Assembly (NCBI GenBank): GCA_963662665.2 | Contig: CAXXJS010000051.1 | Coordinates: forward strand, 1-64,000 | Length of the DNA stretch: 64,000 nt | DNA from: Candidatus Latescibacterota bacterium | Lineage (GTDB): Bacteria > Latescibacterota > UBA2968 > GCA-2709665 | Direction: 5' to 3' | Shown here: piece after piece, positions 52,998 through 62,762 of the stretch | Numbering within the stretch: the stretch's first letter is position 1 | Layout: the number at the start of each line of letters is the position of its first letter | The notes under the pieces: generated by a model | Database searches by the model: none | Told to the model about the DNA's origin: nothing | The model's input: only the letters and a program-made list of their open reading frames with translations | Position numbers and translations under genes: made by a program

Positions 52998-54137
52998 ATG
53001 TCCGAAACTGCCGAAGACTATGATGTGGTGATTTCCGCCGGGCGCATATTCTGCGCCGACACCGGCCTGGACGGCCCGGGCGCCGTCGCCGTACGGGGCG
53101 ACCGAATCGTCGCTTCCGGCCCGGACGTTAGCGGGGCCGCAGGTCTGACGCTCGACTATCCCGACGCGCTGCTTCTTCCGGGTCTGGTGGACATCCACGC
53201 CCATCCGGCCAGGGGCGGATCCCGGTTCGGCGTGGACCCCGATACCCACTTTCTTCCATGCGGGGTCACCACCTGTCTGTCGCAAGGTGATGCCGGCGCC
53301 CTCAACTGGCCGGCCTATCGGAAGGAGGTCATCCACGGCAGCCGAACGCGGGTGCGGCTCGCGCTGCATCTGTCGAAAACCGGCGAATCGCCGCCGGACC
53401 ACTGTTTCGAACACCTTGAGAACGCCGACGTCGACCTCTGTGTGGATACCATCGCGGCAGCGGGCGAAGACATCTGGGGCATCGCCTTCAACACGGTACT
53501 CGAACCTCGTCTCGCTCACGACCCGCGGGAGATCATGCGCCGCGGCGTGGAAGCGGCCGGACGCAGCGGGCGCCCCATCCTGTACGGACCGCGCTTCAAC
53601 CTGGATTTTCCGCTCGAGGAACAGCTGGCGCACCTGCGGTCGGGAGACGTTTTCACCTACACTTTCAGCCCCCGTCCGGACAACATCATCGCAGATGGCA
53701 GGGTGCGGCAGGCCGTCCGGGAGGCCAGAGGCCGGGGGGTGCTGTTCGACGGCTGCCACGGAATGCAGTCTTTCAGCTTTGCGCACGCGGAGCAGGCCAT
53801 CGCCGAGGGATTCCACCCCGATACGATTTCCACCGACCAGTACAATGCTCACCTGGGCGCCGACCCGCCCCACCACCTGCCCGGAACGATGTCAAAATAC
53901 ATTGCGGCCGGCATGCCTGAAGCCGAAGTCCTTGCGCGGGCGACCGCACGACCCGCCGCAATACTCGGCCTGGAGGGAGAAGTCGGCACGCTGGCGCCCG
54001 GCGCGTGCGCCGACCTTGCCGTCCTGCAGTGGAATCCCGACGGACGTCTGCAAGACGTACTCGGCGTTGAACGCCCCGGCGGGTCGTGGGAGCCGCTGGC
54101 CACCGTGAAATCCGGCGAGCCGGTGTCGACCGGATGA
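52998..54137 (+). CDS. Amidohydrolase (dihydroorotase/deacetylase-like)
   Basis: PGLVDIHAH, PDTISTD, GTLAPGACADL. Confidence 0.85.
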   Translation: MSETAEDYDVVISAGRIFCADTGLDGPGAVAVRGDRIVASGPDVSGAAGLTLDYPDALLLPGLVDIHAHPARGGSRFGVDPDTHFLPCGVTTCLSQGDAGALNWPAYRKEVIHGSRTRVRLALHLSKTGESPPDHCFEHLENADVDLCVDTIAAAGEDIWGIAFNTVLEPRLAHDPREIMRRGVEAAGRSGRPILYGPRFNLDFPLEEQLAHLRSGDVFTYTFSPRPDNIIADGRVRQAVREARGRGVLFDGCHGMQSFSFAHAEQAIAEGFHPDTISTDQYNAHLGADPPHHLPGTMSKYIAAGMPEAEVLARATARPAAILGLEGEVGTLAPGACADLAVLQWNPDGRLQDVLGVERPGGSWEPLATVKSGEPVSTG

Positions 54138-54344
54138 ACGTGATGACGCTCCAACCTTCCACGGTATAGTCACGCAGGAACGGTATGAAGGCCATGGAGG
54201 ACGATACTGCCATAATTCTCACGTCGATGCCCGGATTTCCTTCGGGCATCAGATCCGGACTTTGTTTCTGTTACCCGGCTGAAGGCAATTTGTAGCGTCC
54301 ACTTTACACGTTTTTCACACCCTATCGATCGGGGGAGACCCACT

Positions 54345-55295
54345 GTGAGTCAGGAAGTGATCATGATGGTCGGTTTTTTGCTAGGCGCCTATTCTATCGT
54401 TGGAAACGACGCGATCCAGACCCTCGGCACCTTTCTCAGCTCCAACGCGAGACGCCCGTGGTGGGTACTCTGGATCTTCGCCTGCAGCATTCTGGTGGCC
54501 GTTCTCGTTTACGGATGGTGGATCCACGACGACGTCTCCTACGGCAGGCTGGAGAAAATACCCGTTCCAGGACAATGGACCTGGATCTACTGCGTCCCTC
54601 CGTTCGTTCTGCTCCTGCTGACCCGTTGGGGCATTCCCGTGAGCACCACGTTTCTGACCCTTTCGATTTTCGCTCCGAAGGCGCTTCCGAGCATGCTGAT
54701 CAAATCGCTCGCCGGATACGCGACCGCCTTCATTGCGGCCATCCTGATCTATCGATGGGTCACCCGCGGGTTCGAGTCCCGATTTCACAAAACGGAGGGC
54801 CCGACGAGCGGCTGGTGGGTTGTGGCGCAATGGTGTTCGACCGGCTTCCTGTGGAGTCAGTGGCTGATACAGGACCTGGCAAACATCTTCGTCTTCCTTC
54901 CACGCAGCCTCAGCGCGGAATGGTTCTTCTCGGCGGTCGTCATCATGCTGGCCTTGCATGCCATTATCTTCTACAACCACGGAGGCGCCATCCAGAAGGT
55001 GGTCCTGACCAAGACGAACACGACCGACATCCGGTCGGCGACGTTTGTCGATCTGATCTACGGTATCGTGCTGTTGTTGTTCAAGGAGGTTTCCAAGCTT
55101 CCGATGAGCACGACCTGGGTCTTCGTGGGACTGCTGGCCGGCCGGGAGATCGCGGTCGCCTGGAATCAGCGGCACCGCAGCCGCAAGGAAGTGACGCGCC
55201 TGGTATTGATGGATTTCGCGAAAATTACCGGCGGGCTCGTCATCAGCATCGCCCTCGCCTACCTCCTGCCCGAATTGCAGGCGCTGATCGGGTGA
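54345..55295 (+). CDS. Integral membrane protein, possibly Pit-like phosphate transporter
   Basis: About 9 TM; internal duplication GNDAIQ / QDLAN and PVSTT / PMSTT resembling Pit signature repeats. Confidence 0.6.
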   Translation: MSQEVIMMVGFLLGAYSIVGNDAIQTLGTFLSSNARRPWWVLWIFACSILVAVLVYGWWIHDDVSYGRLEKIPVPGQWTWIYCVPPFVLLLLTRWGIPVSTTFLTLSIFAPKALPSMLIKSLAGYATAFIAAILIYRWVTRGFESRFHKTEGPTSGWWVVAQWCSTGFLWSQWLIQDLANIFVFLPRSLSAEWFFSAVVIMLALHAIIFYNHGGAIQKVVLTKTNTTDIRSATFVDLIYGIVLLLFKEVSKLPMSTTWVFVGLLAGREIAVAWNQRHRSRKEVTRLVLMDFAKITGGLVISIALAYLLPELQALIG

Positions 55296-55421
55296 GGAAC
55301 GGCAGATCGATCCGAACTCAGTTACAACAGGCAGCAGTGTATTCTATATGGGAGTCCGGTGAGAATTGGCAGGGGCCAGGGAACAGCCCGGGTTCCCGGT
55401 AAACCACCAGGGAGGTTCTGC

Positions 55422-56711
55422 ATGCGATACCAGGCGACGCGAAACGACGCGCAGATAGAGTCCGTATTCCGGCAGGCCGCCGAACAGTATGCCGCCTTCG
55501 GCGTGAACGCGCACGAAGCCGTGGAAAAAGCAGCCGACGTACCCATATCGCTTCACTGCTGGCAGGCCGACGACGTGGCAGGGTTCGAGACGAACGACGA
55601 AGCCGTGGAGGGCGGCGGCATCATGGCCACGGGCAACTACCCGGGCCGGGCGCGAAACGGGGATGAGTCGCGCGCCGACCTGAAGCAGGCCATCGACCTG
55701 TTGCCGGGGAGACACCGCGCGAACGTCCATGCGTCCTATGGCGACACGGGCGGTAAAGTCGTTGACCGGGACAGCCTGCAACCCGAACACTTCGCCGGCT
55801 GGATTTCCTGGGCGAAGGAAATCGGGGTCGGGCTTGACTTCAACCCCACGTATTTCTCCCATCCAAAGGCGAACGACGGGTACACCCTGGCCCATCCCAA
55901 CAGCGATATCCGGGCGTTCTGGGTCCGCCATGGCGTGGCCAGCCGGCGAATCGCGGAAGCCATGGGCGTTGCCCTGGACGACGAGTGCGTGAACAACCAC
56001 TGGATTCCCGACGGCGCCAAAGACCATCCCGCGGACCGTTACGGACCCCGCGAACGCCTGGTGGAATCCCTGGACGCCGTCCTGGATCCCGCCCTGGACA
56101 TCGGGCCGGCCTGTGTGGACGCCGTTGAGGGCAAACTCTTCGGCCTGGGCGTGGAAGACTACACGGCGGGCTCCAACGACTTCTACGCGAACTACGCCCT
56201 GTCGCGGGGCGTGGTCCTTTGCCTGGACATGGGCCACTTCCACCCCACGGAATCCATCGCGGACAAGATCTCCGCACACCTGCCCTTCCACGAAAAGCTG
56301 CTCATCCACACCAGCCGCCCCATCCGCTGGGATTCCGATCACGTGGTGCTTTTCGGCGACGACGTGCGCAATGTCTTCCTGGAAATCGTGCGGTGCGACG
56401 CCCTGGACCGCGTGTACGTGGCGCTGGACTTCTTCGACGCCAGCATCAACCGGATCGGCGCCTACGTGATCGGCGCCCGGGCCACGCGGAAAGCCATCCT
56501 CTACGCGCTGCTGGACCCCACGCGGCAACTGCAGGAACTGGAGCAGGAGGGCAAACTGGCTCAGAAGCTGGCCCTGATGGAAGACATGAAAACGATGCCC
56601 TTTTCCGCCGTCTGGAACATGACCTGCCTGAAAACCGGTGTCCCCCCCGGCGCCGCCTGGATTCCGGAAATGGAACAATACGAGAAAGAAGTGCTGTCAA
56701 CCCGGGGATAA
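55422..56711 (+). CDS. rhaA: L-rhamnose isomerase
   Basis: ISLHCWQADDV, TGNYPGRAR, LDFNPTYFSHP, WIPDGAKD, LDMGHFHPTE, RWDSDHV, LDFFDASINR. Confidence 0.93.
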   Translation: MRYQATRNDAQIESVFRQAAEQYAAFGVNAHEAVEKAADVPISLHCWQADDVAGFETNDEAVEGGGIMATGNYPGRARNGDESRADLKQAIDLLPGRHRANVHASYGDTGGKVVDRDSLQPEHFAGWISWAKEIGVGLDFNPTYFSHPKANDGYTLAHPNSDIRAFWVRHGVASRRIAEAMGVALDDECVNNHWIPDGAKDHPADRYGPRERLVESLDAVLDPALDIGPACVDAVEGKLFGLGVEDYTAGSNDFYANYALSRGVVLCLDMGHFHPTESIADKISAHLPFHEKLLIHTSRPIRWDSDHVVLFGDDVRNVFLEIVRCDALDRVYVALDFFDASINRIGAYVIGARATRKAILYALLDPTRQLQELEQEGKLAQKLALMEDMKTMPFSAVWNMTCLKTGVPPGAAWIPEMEQYEKEVLSTRG

Positions 56712-56873
56712 AGAAAATCGCGGGACGAGTTGGGAAAACCCACTTCGTTCCGCGGTTCGTATCGGTTGTGATTCTCCTGTACACCCTACCGAATCGACCG
56801 GATATCCCTCCTCCAGATTTACCTACCGCCAATTCCCACATAACAAGCGCAACTCGAAGCGCGATCGCGTTTG

Positions 56874-59800
56874 TTACGTGCCAACCGGATCGTAGGCCAG
56901 CCCGAACACCATATCGGCCATCTCGCGCCTGAAGTCCTTGTCGTCCATATACCGCTTGAACAGCTCGGTGTCATCCTTCATCACTCCGGTCATGACGCGC
57001 AGCAGCGCCTTGTCGTGCTCAATCCGTGCATTCTGGCGGTCGGAGTTCACCCGGGCGTTTCGGAACGCGGTGTCGGCGGCGACGCGGGCCGGAATGGTTT
57101 CTGTGATAAGCTGCTCCACGCGGTCGCGATCTTCCCATGGGATGTCACCAAAGTGTTCGTTGAACACGCGAAGAATGTTGGAGAGTCGATCCAATTCAGG
57201 CTCTGGCTGATGTCCTCCCCCTGACGTCGGTACCGGATCGATCTCGGCATCCTCGTCCGTCAGCATAATATTTCGCATTGCCTGCTTCTCAACCCTGTAA
57301 CTGTCAAGATCGATCGCATCGAGGATCCCCTTGGAAAGGTCCTCTTCCTCGGGCGCCGGCAATTTCGGGACCAGGAAGTTCAGAAAAATAGATCGCTTTT
57401 CCCATTCGACGATGTTGTAAGTAAGGACGGACGAAAGAAAGGCGTAGGTCCGCACGAATGCTTTGGCGTTGCCCTTGAATGCGACCTGGCCGTCTTCGTC
57501 GAGGTCGTGGCGATAGACGGCGACGCATGCGTCCAGGATCGGATCGAGCAGGTCGCGTTCCACACCATCCAGATAGAGCCGCACAAACTCGTCGATCTGT
57601 GTTTCGGAATAGACCTGAACGCCGTCCAGTTCCGCCTGGAGGTCGTGCAGCTTGTTCGGGTCGGTCTCCTCGGCCAATATCGTTGTCCGGTAGAAGTCTG
57701 AAAACGCGTCACGAATCGTATCGGTGTCGTTGAGAAAGTCGAAAACGAACACGTCGTGCTTCTTCGGGTGGGCCCGGTTAAGGCGAGAGAGCGTCTGCAC
57801 GGCTCTGATGCCGGACAGCGTCTTGTCTACGTACATCGTGTGCAGCAGGGGCTCATCATAGCCTGTCTGAAACTTGTCCGCGCACACCGGGAACCGGTAG
57901 GGGTCCTCCCGAAATCGCCTGGCGATCTGCGACGACGGCAGGCCGTTCAACGAGGCCTCGCTCACCCTGGCGCCCCCGTAATCGTGTTCACCGGAGAAGG
58001 CGACCAGGGCCTCGTATTGGCTCTTGCGCTCCTTGAGATAGTCGCGGATGGCATGATAATACTGGATCGTGCGCTCGATGCCGTTCGTGACCACCATCGC
58101 CCGCGCCGCGCCGCCGATTCTGCCCTGCTTCAGCACCTGATCGTGGAAGTGGTCGACCATGATCTCGGCCTTGAGCCGAATCGCGTGATCGCTGCCCTCC
58201 ACAAAACGTCGCAGCTTCTTCTGCGCCTTCCGAACGTCGAATTCGGGATCTTCTTCAACCGTCTTCGCAAGCTTGTAGTAGCTCGCCACAGGCGTGTAGT
58301 GCGCGAGTACGTCCAGGATAAACCCTTCCTGGACCGCCTGCTTCATCGTGTAGCTGTGGAAAGCGCGATGCCTTACCGTACCGTCGGGCTGCGACTCAGG
58401 AGCGCCGAAGATCTCGAGGGTTTTGTTCTTTGGCGTCGCGGTGAACGCGAAGTAGCTGGCGTTGAGAAGGAGCTTGCGCGACTCCATCAGGCGGTTGATC
58501 CGGTCCTCAAAGGTGTCCTGATCGTCCTCTTCGCCCGCCTCCGACAACGCCTGGGCCATGGCCGCGCTGGTGCGACCCCCCTGGCTCGAGTGGGCTTCGT
58601 CGATGATAATGGCGAAGCGCCTCCCCCGCTGTTCGTTGCCGATCTCGTCCAGAATGAACGGAAACTTCTGGACCGTGGAAATGATGATCTTCTTGCCACT
58701 CTCGATGAACTGACGCAGATCGCCAGAGCGGTCAGCGTGCCCGACGGTGGCCGCCACCTGGGCGTATTGTTTGATTGTATCGCGGATTTGACGGTCCAGG
58801 ATGACCCTGTCCGTGACGACGATGATCGAGTCAAAGACCGGAGCGTCGTCCTTTTCGAGTCCGATCAACTGATGGGCAAGCCAGGCGATGGAGTTGCTCT
58901 TGCCGCTGCCTGCGGAGTGCTGGATCAGATATCGCTGTCCGGCGCCGCGGTAGCCCGCGTCGGCCAGCAGTCGGCGAACCACGTCGAGTTGATGGAAACG
59001 CGGCCAGACCTGGGTCTTTCGCCTCTTTCCGCTCTTTTCGTCCTTCGACGCAACCACCTGCGCGTAATTCTCCAGGATGTTGGTGAGACTCTCCCGGGTG
59101 AGTACTTCGCGCCAGAGATAGGAGATCGAAAGACCGTTCGGATTGGGCGGATTGCCCGCGCCGTCGTTCCAGCCGCGGTTAAACGGAAGAAACCAGGACG
59201 CCTTGCCCTTCAGGTCTGTACAAAAACGCACCTCGCGTTCGTCCAACGCGAAGTGCGCAATGCACCGCCCGAACTCGAACAGCTTCTCACGCGGATTCCG
59301 GTCCTTTCGATATTGCCAGACCGCATCGTCCACCGTCTGCTTCGTGAAGCTGTTCTTCAGTTCGAACGTGAACACCGGCAGTCCGTTGATGAACAGCCCG
59401 ATGTCCAGCGCCCGCTGGGTATCGTCACGGCTGTAGCGAAGCTGCCGCGTGACGGTGAAGCGGTTCAGGGCGAACAATTCCTGTGCCTGCGGGTTGCCGG
59501 CCGAGGGCGTGCCGTAGAACAGATCAAGGTTCAACGCCTGGTGCTTGATCCCGTTACGAAGGACGTCAATGGTGCCGCGCTTGCTGATTTCGCCCTGGAG
59601 CCGGGTCAGGAATGAGCGCCGCACGGGACCATCTTCGGAAAGCGGCAACGCCTCGGCGGCCTCCGGCTGGGTGGCGCACAGGAATGCAGACAGTTGCACC
59701 AGATCGACGCAGAACTCACGGTTATAGTCGTGGGGATTCCCGCAACTCCAACCGACGCCGCCATAACCCACAGGCGGTTCTCCCACGGTGCCTGCAGCGG

Positions 59801-59879
59801 AGGGCTCACAGGCATGGCCTGTCATGGCGGTACAAATCAGGCGTTCAAGCCCGCGTTCAGTGGTGTCTGTAGCAATCAT
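56874..59879 (-). CDS. hsdR: Type I restriction endonuclease subunit R
   Basis: D...ELKN nuclease motif, HSAGSGKS, DEAH, FTATP, QTLSRLNR. Confidence 0.95.
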   Translation of the reverse strand: MIATDTTERGLERLICTAMTGHACEPSAAGTVGEPPVGYGGVGWSCGNPHDYNREFCVDLVQLSAFLCATQPEAAEALPLSEDGPVRRSFLTRLQGEISKRGTIDVLRNGIKHQALNLDLFYGTPSAGNPQAQELFALNRFTVTRQLRYSRDDTQRALDIGLFINGLPVFTFELKNSFTKQTVDDAVWQYRKDRNPREKLFEFGRCIAHFALDEREVRFCTDLKGKASWFLPFNRGWNDGAGNPPNPNGLSISYLWREVLTRESLTNILENYAQVVASKDEKSGKRRKTQVWPRFHQLDVVRRLLADAGYRGAGQRYLIQHSAGSGKSNSIAWLAHQLIGLEKDDAPVFDSIIVVTDRVILDRQIRDTIKQYAQVAATVGHADRSGDLRQFIESGKKIIISTVQKFPFILDEIGNEQRGRRFAIIIDEAHSSQGGRTSAAMAQALSEAGEEDDQDTFEDRINRLMESRKLLLNASYFAFTATPKNKTLEIFGAPESQPDGTVRHRAFHSYTMKQAVQEGFILDVLAHYTPVASYYKLAKTVEEDPEFDVRKAQKKLRRFVEGSDHAIRLKAEIMVDHFHDQVLKQGRIGGAARAMVVTNGIERTIQYYHAIRDYLKERKSQYEALVAFSGEHDYGGARVSEASLNGLPSSQIARRFREDPYRFPVCADKFQTGYDEPLLHTMYVDKTLSGIRAVQTLSRLNRAHPKKHDVFVFDFLNDTDTIRDAFSDFYRTTILAEETDPNKLHDLQAELDGVQVYSETQIDEFVRLYLDGVERDLLDPILDACVAVYRHDLDEDGQVAFKGNAKAFVRTYAFLSSVLTYNIVEWEKRSIFLNFLVPKLPAPEEEDLSKGILDAIDLDSYRVEKQAMRNIMLTDEDAEIDPVPTSGGGHQPEPELDRLSNILRVFNEHFGDIPWEDRDRVEQLITETIPARVAADTAFRNARVNSDRQNARIEHDKALLRVMTGVMKDDTELFKRYMDDKDFRREMADMVFGLAYDPVGT

Positions 59880-60008
59880 ACAACATCAATCCTGCGAAGG
59901 CACGCTTCAGGACTGCGCCAATATCCGGTCGCGCGCATTCCTAAGCCATGAATCATCGGCACACAAGCGGGCGACTATAGAAGGTAACCGGAGCTCGTTT
60001 TTGGGCGT

Positions 60009-60350
60009 CTATGTGCCCCGCGTTTTCTTGCCCTGCCGGATGTCATGAGCCGAAAACAGGCATTGCCGTACAGCGTCGACATGCGCCTTCAGGGGGCGAT
60101 ACGTCATGCTTTCATAGCTGGCAACGTCAACCGATAAGGGCAGATTGCTCTCGTTGAACAGAGTCCACAGTCTGTCGATCGTGGCATCCCTGACGTCTCC
60201 GTGAACGACAAGATCAACGTCGGAATTTTCGCGGTAGTTTCCCGTGGCCCTCGATCCGAACAGGTCAACCTGTGTGATCTCATCGGCGAAGTTGGCCAAA
60301 ACTGCCCGAATCGTCTCGAGCTCCTCATCGACAAGTCCGTGGTCAATCAA
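60009..60350 (-). CDS. Minimal nucleotidyltransferase (MNT antitoxin)
   Basis: LFGSRATGNYRENSDVDL (GS-x10-DxD). Confidence 0.88.
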   Translation of the reverse strand: MIDHGLVDEELETIRAVLANFADEITQVDLFGSRATGNYRENSDVDLVVHGDVRDATIDRLWTLFNESNLPLSVDVASYESMTYRPLKAHVDAVRQCLFSAHDIRQGKKTRGT

Positions 60351-60777
60351 TGTCGGCCTCCTTCTCCAAAAGAACCAGGTAAAGGTCTTCCATTGCGGTA
60401 AGATATCGGATGCGGATATTCTCTATTACCGCTTCAAATTGCTGGAAATTGTAGGTATGGGACATCTTGTTTCGTGCATCGAGTGCGTCCATCCATACCC
60501 TCCCGTGTTCGGTCAGATTGGTCTCGAAGGCCTTTCTGATGACGTTCCTCGGAGTGGTCTGTTCAAATACGACGCCCTCGTGCTCCAAATAGTCCTTCAT
60601 GACGTTCCACGCAAGTTCCATCGTGTATTCGAACCTCTGGATGGTTCCTTCCTTTTCAAGTTGGCTCAGTCCGGACTCACTCAACGTCTCTATCGCTTCC
60701 CGCAGCAACGTAAAGGCACGCTTGTAGTTGGAGAATCTGTACCTCCAGCGTGGAGTCGAGTGGCTCATATTTCTCAT
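60343..60777 (-). CDS. HI0074-family HEPN protein (putative RNase toxin)
   Basis: EGTIQRFEYTMELAW and RNKMSHTY (RX4HXY); overlaps the MNT gene. Confidence 0.88.
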   Translation of the reverse strand: MRNMSHSTPRWRYRFSNYKRAFTLLREAIETLSESGLSQLEKEGTIQRFEYTMELAWNVMKDYLEHEGVVFEQTTPRNVIRKAFETNLTEHGRVWMDALDARNKMSHTYNFQQFEAVIENIRIRYLTAMEDLYLVLLEKEADID

Positions 60778-60857
60778 AACCTCTTGTAAATGCGGAATTT
60801 CGTGACGATTCCCCGTGTCACGTTCGTTCTGTTTGGGGCGTTCAGAGGTATCGGTGT

Positions 60858-61292
60858 TCACCGTGAAACCTGCTGGTCCGTGAACGGGTTTATGACCCGG
60901 AGGCCGTCGTAGTCCTGCTCTGTACTCAAATCTTCGGAATACACGGCATCGCAGCCCAGGGCGTGGGCTGCGGCGAGAATTGCGGCGTCCCCATAGGACA
61001 GCCGGAAGCGCTGGCTGATAGTGACGCCGGCGCGAAACACGTCGTGAGTGACGTCCTGCACTGGAAAGTGACTGATGCTCTCGATGAATTGCAGCGCATG
61101 GTCCTGGGTGATCGCTCCAGGACGGCTGGCGCGCGTTGCCTGGTGATAAAACTCTTGCAGAACCTGCACAGACAGTGCCAATTCTCCTGTGGTCAGGAGG
61201 TTAAGGGCGCGAAGACGCTTGTCAGCGTCCTCGGACAGAGCACTCACCGCGTACAACAGCACGTTCGTTGCGACAAAGCGCACGGCGCTCAC
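60858..61292 (-). CDS. PIN-domain (VapC) toxin with the first catalytic Asp replaced
   Basis: FVATNVLLYA, SVQVLQEF, SYGDAAI, YSEDL, VINPF. Confidence 0.82.
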   Translation of the reverse strand: MSAVRFVATNVLLYAVSALSEDADKRLRALNLLTTGELALSVQVLQEFYHQATRASRPGAITQDHALQFIESISHFPVQDVTHDVFRAGVTISQRFRLSYGDAAILAAAHALGCDAVYSEDLSTEQDYDGLRVINPFTDQQVSR

Positions 61293-61630
61293 CCGCCCTC
61301 AGGATCTTGGTTTTCGACGGCGGCCGCTGCCTCGGCTTCGGCCCTTGCCTTGGCGCGGTCGTATAGTTCCTCCCGAGACAGGTTGTCGGGCATCCGCAAT
61401 CCGCCGCCGTTGGCGGTGATCTTCTCGATCACTGCGTGCAATCTCCTGCGACGGCGTTCGGCTTCCGTCTCAACGTCGGGCCCCTCGTCCGCTGTTCCGA
61501 CGACACGGTCCGCAGCCAGGTTCTTCAGGAAATCTCGCACCAGGGCGGATACCGATGTATCCAACTCCGCCGCACGGATACGCGCGAGCCGGTGTGTCTG
61601 TTCGTCGACGGATACGGTGATATTTCTCAT
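61289..61630 (-). CDS. VapB-like ribbon-helix-helix antitoxin
   Basis: MRNITVSVDE...ARIRAAELDTSVSALVRDFL...LSREELYDR; overlaps the PIN gene. Confidence 0.8.
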   Translation of the reverse strand: MRNITVSVDEQTHRLARIRAAELDTSVSALVRDFLKNLAADRVVGTADEGPDVETEAERRRRRLHAVIEKITANGGGLRMPDNLSREELYDRAKARAEAEAAAAVENQDPEGG

Positions 61631-61877
61631 GGTCACAGTCTCACATTTTCTGTCTTTGACAATTTAAGATTTAATCATCCGACGGGCAACTCCAGCGGCG
61701 GCGCGCGAACTCTGAGAGTTTTACATCAAGGGCTGGTTTATCACGCTACCGCAAGCGTCAGGCCTGCGCCACGGTACACATACTCGGACCTATGGGACCT
61801 TGTCGGGGCGTTAAGCGGCAGTGATGGACGCCTCCGTAAGCACCGTCGTGGATGCCAAATGACCAGTTTGGTTTCCG

Positions 61878-62762
61878 TCACCTACGGCGCAGACGCGTTA
61901 CCCCGATACTCCGATATCCTTCTTCTACATCGAATAGCTCAATCTCACTTCTCTTGTCAAGAACCGGCAAATTCAAATCGGCCGGGACTTTTCCAAATAC
62001 AAACTTCGTGATGTCGTCTCGGAAAATACACAAATCGTACCGTCCACAATAGTCTGGTCCCCAGAGTTCTTCTATTCGATCACCCAGATCACTCCATTCT
62101 TCAGAATTCATCCTGACGGCGTACCAGTCACGATACTTCTCTTGACGATTCCTTTTCAATCGCCAGCTATGGGTGTGTTGAGATGGATGAAATCGCTCGT
62201 GAACGACCCATTCCACAATCCGCGTAAGCCCATACGTGATCTCATGCAGGTAGTCCACACTGACCAACGGCATTTTCCCGCTCTGCATTTCCTCGATAAG
62301 GAAGTACCGCCAATCGAAGGAGCCAAGGTCTCTATCTCCATCTAGGTTTTCAAGGAAGTCCTCGATGGAGTCAAATGGAAATCGTCCTAATTCCGCATGT
62401 GCTGTTGCCTTGTAGTCATCGAAATATTCTCCGAGAATCGAATTATCATTTTGGTCAAGAAGGCCGAATAGAACAGAAAGTGCATGCTCTTTGGGAACCT
62501 CCTTCGCCCGAACGTGAAGAAGGGCCTTGAATGCTTCCTCAACCAGGAAGTATCCAACAACTACAAAGCCCCACCCTTGAGCAGATTCGTGGCCCGGAAC
62601 CATATCTGGCAGTATTGGAGACTTTCTGTATTTCTCTTTCTCCTTCTTCAAGGCCGTATCTAACCAAGTCAGGATCCAAGAAGGCTCTTTGAACTTGATG
62701 GCCTGTTTCGGCTTCTCTATTCCCTTGCCCTCTGGAGGCTCGTTGTTGTCGCCGTCCTTCAT
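61878..62762 (-). CDS. Hypothetical protein, HEPN-like
   Basis: YFLVEEAFKALL...KEHALSVLF...WRY pattern; lower GC; ATGA overlap with the hsdS stop. Confidence 0.55.
   Translation of the reverse strand: MKDGDNNEPPEGKGIEKPKQAIKFKEPSWILTWLDTALKKEKEKYRKSPILPDMVPGHESAQGWGFVVVGYFLVEEAFKALLHVRAKEVPKEHALSVLFGLLDQNDNSILGEYFDDYKATAHAELGRFPFDSIEDFLENLDGDRDLGSFDWRYFLIEEMQSGKMPLVSVDYLHEITYGLTRIVEWVVHERFHPSQHTHSWRLKRNRQEKYRDWYAVRMNSEEWSDLGDRIEELWGPDYCGRYDLCIFRDDITKFVFGKVPADLNLPVLDKRSEIELFDVEEGYRSIGVTRLRRR

Noticed and set aside
36088-59615. Long antisense ORFs (e.g. 36088-37605, 39181-40791, 55344-56678, 57756-59615)
   Set aside because: They overlap well-supported genes on the opposite strand, as expected from high-GC codon bias
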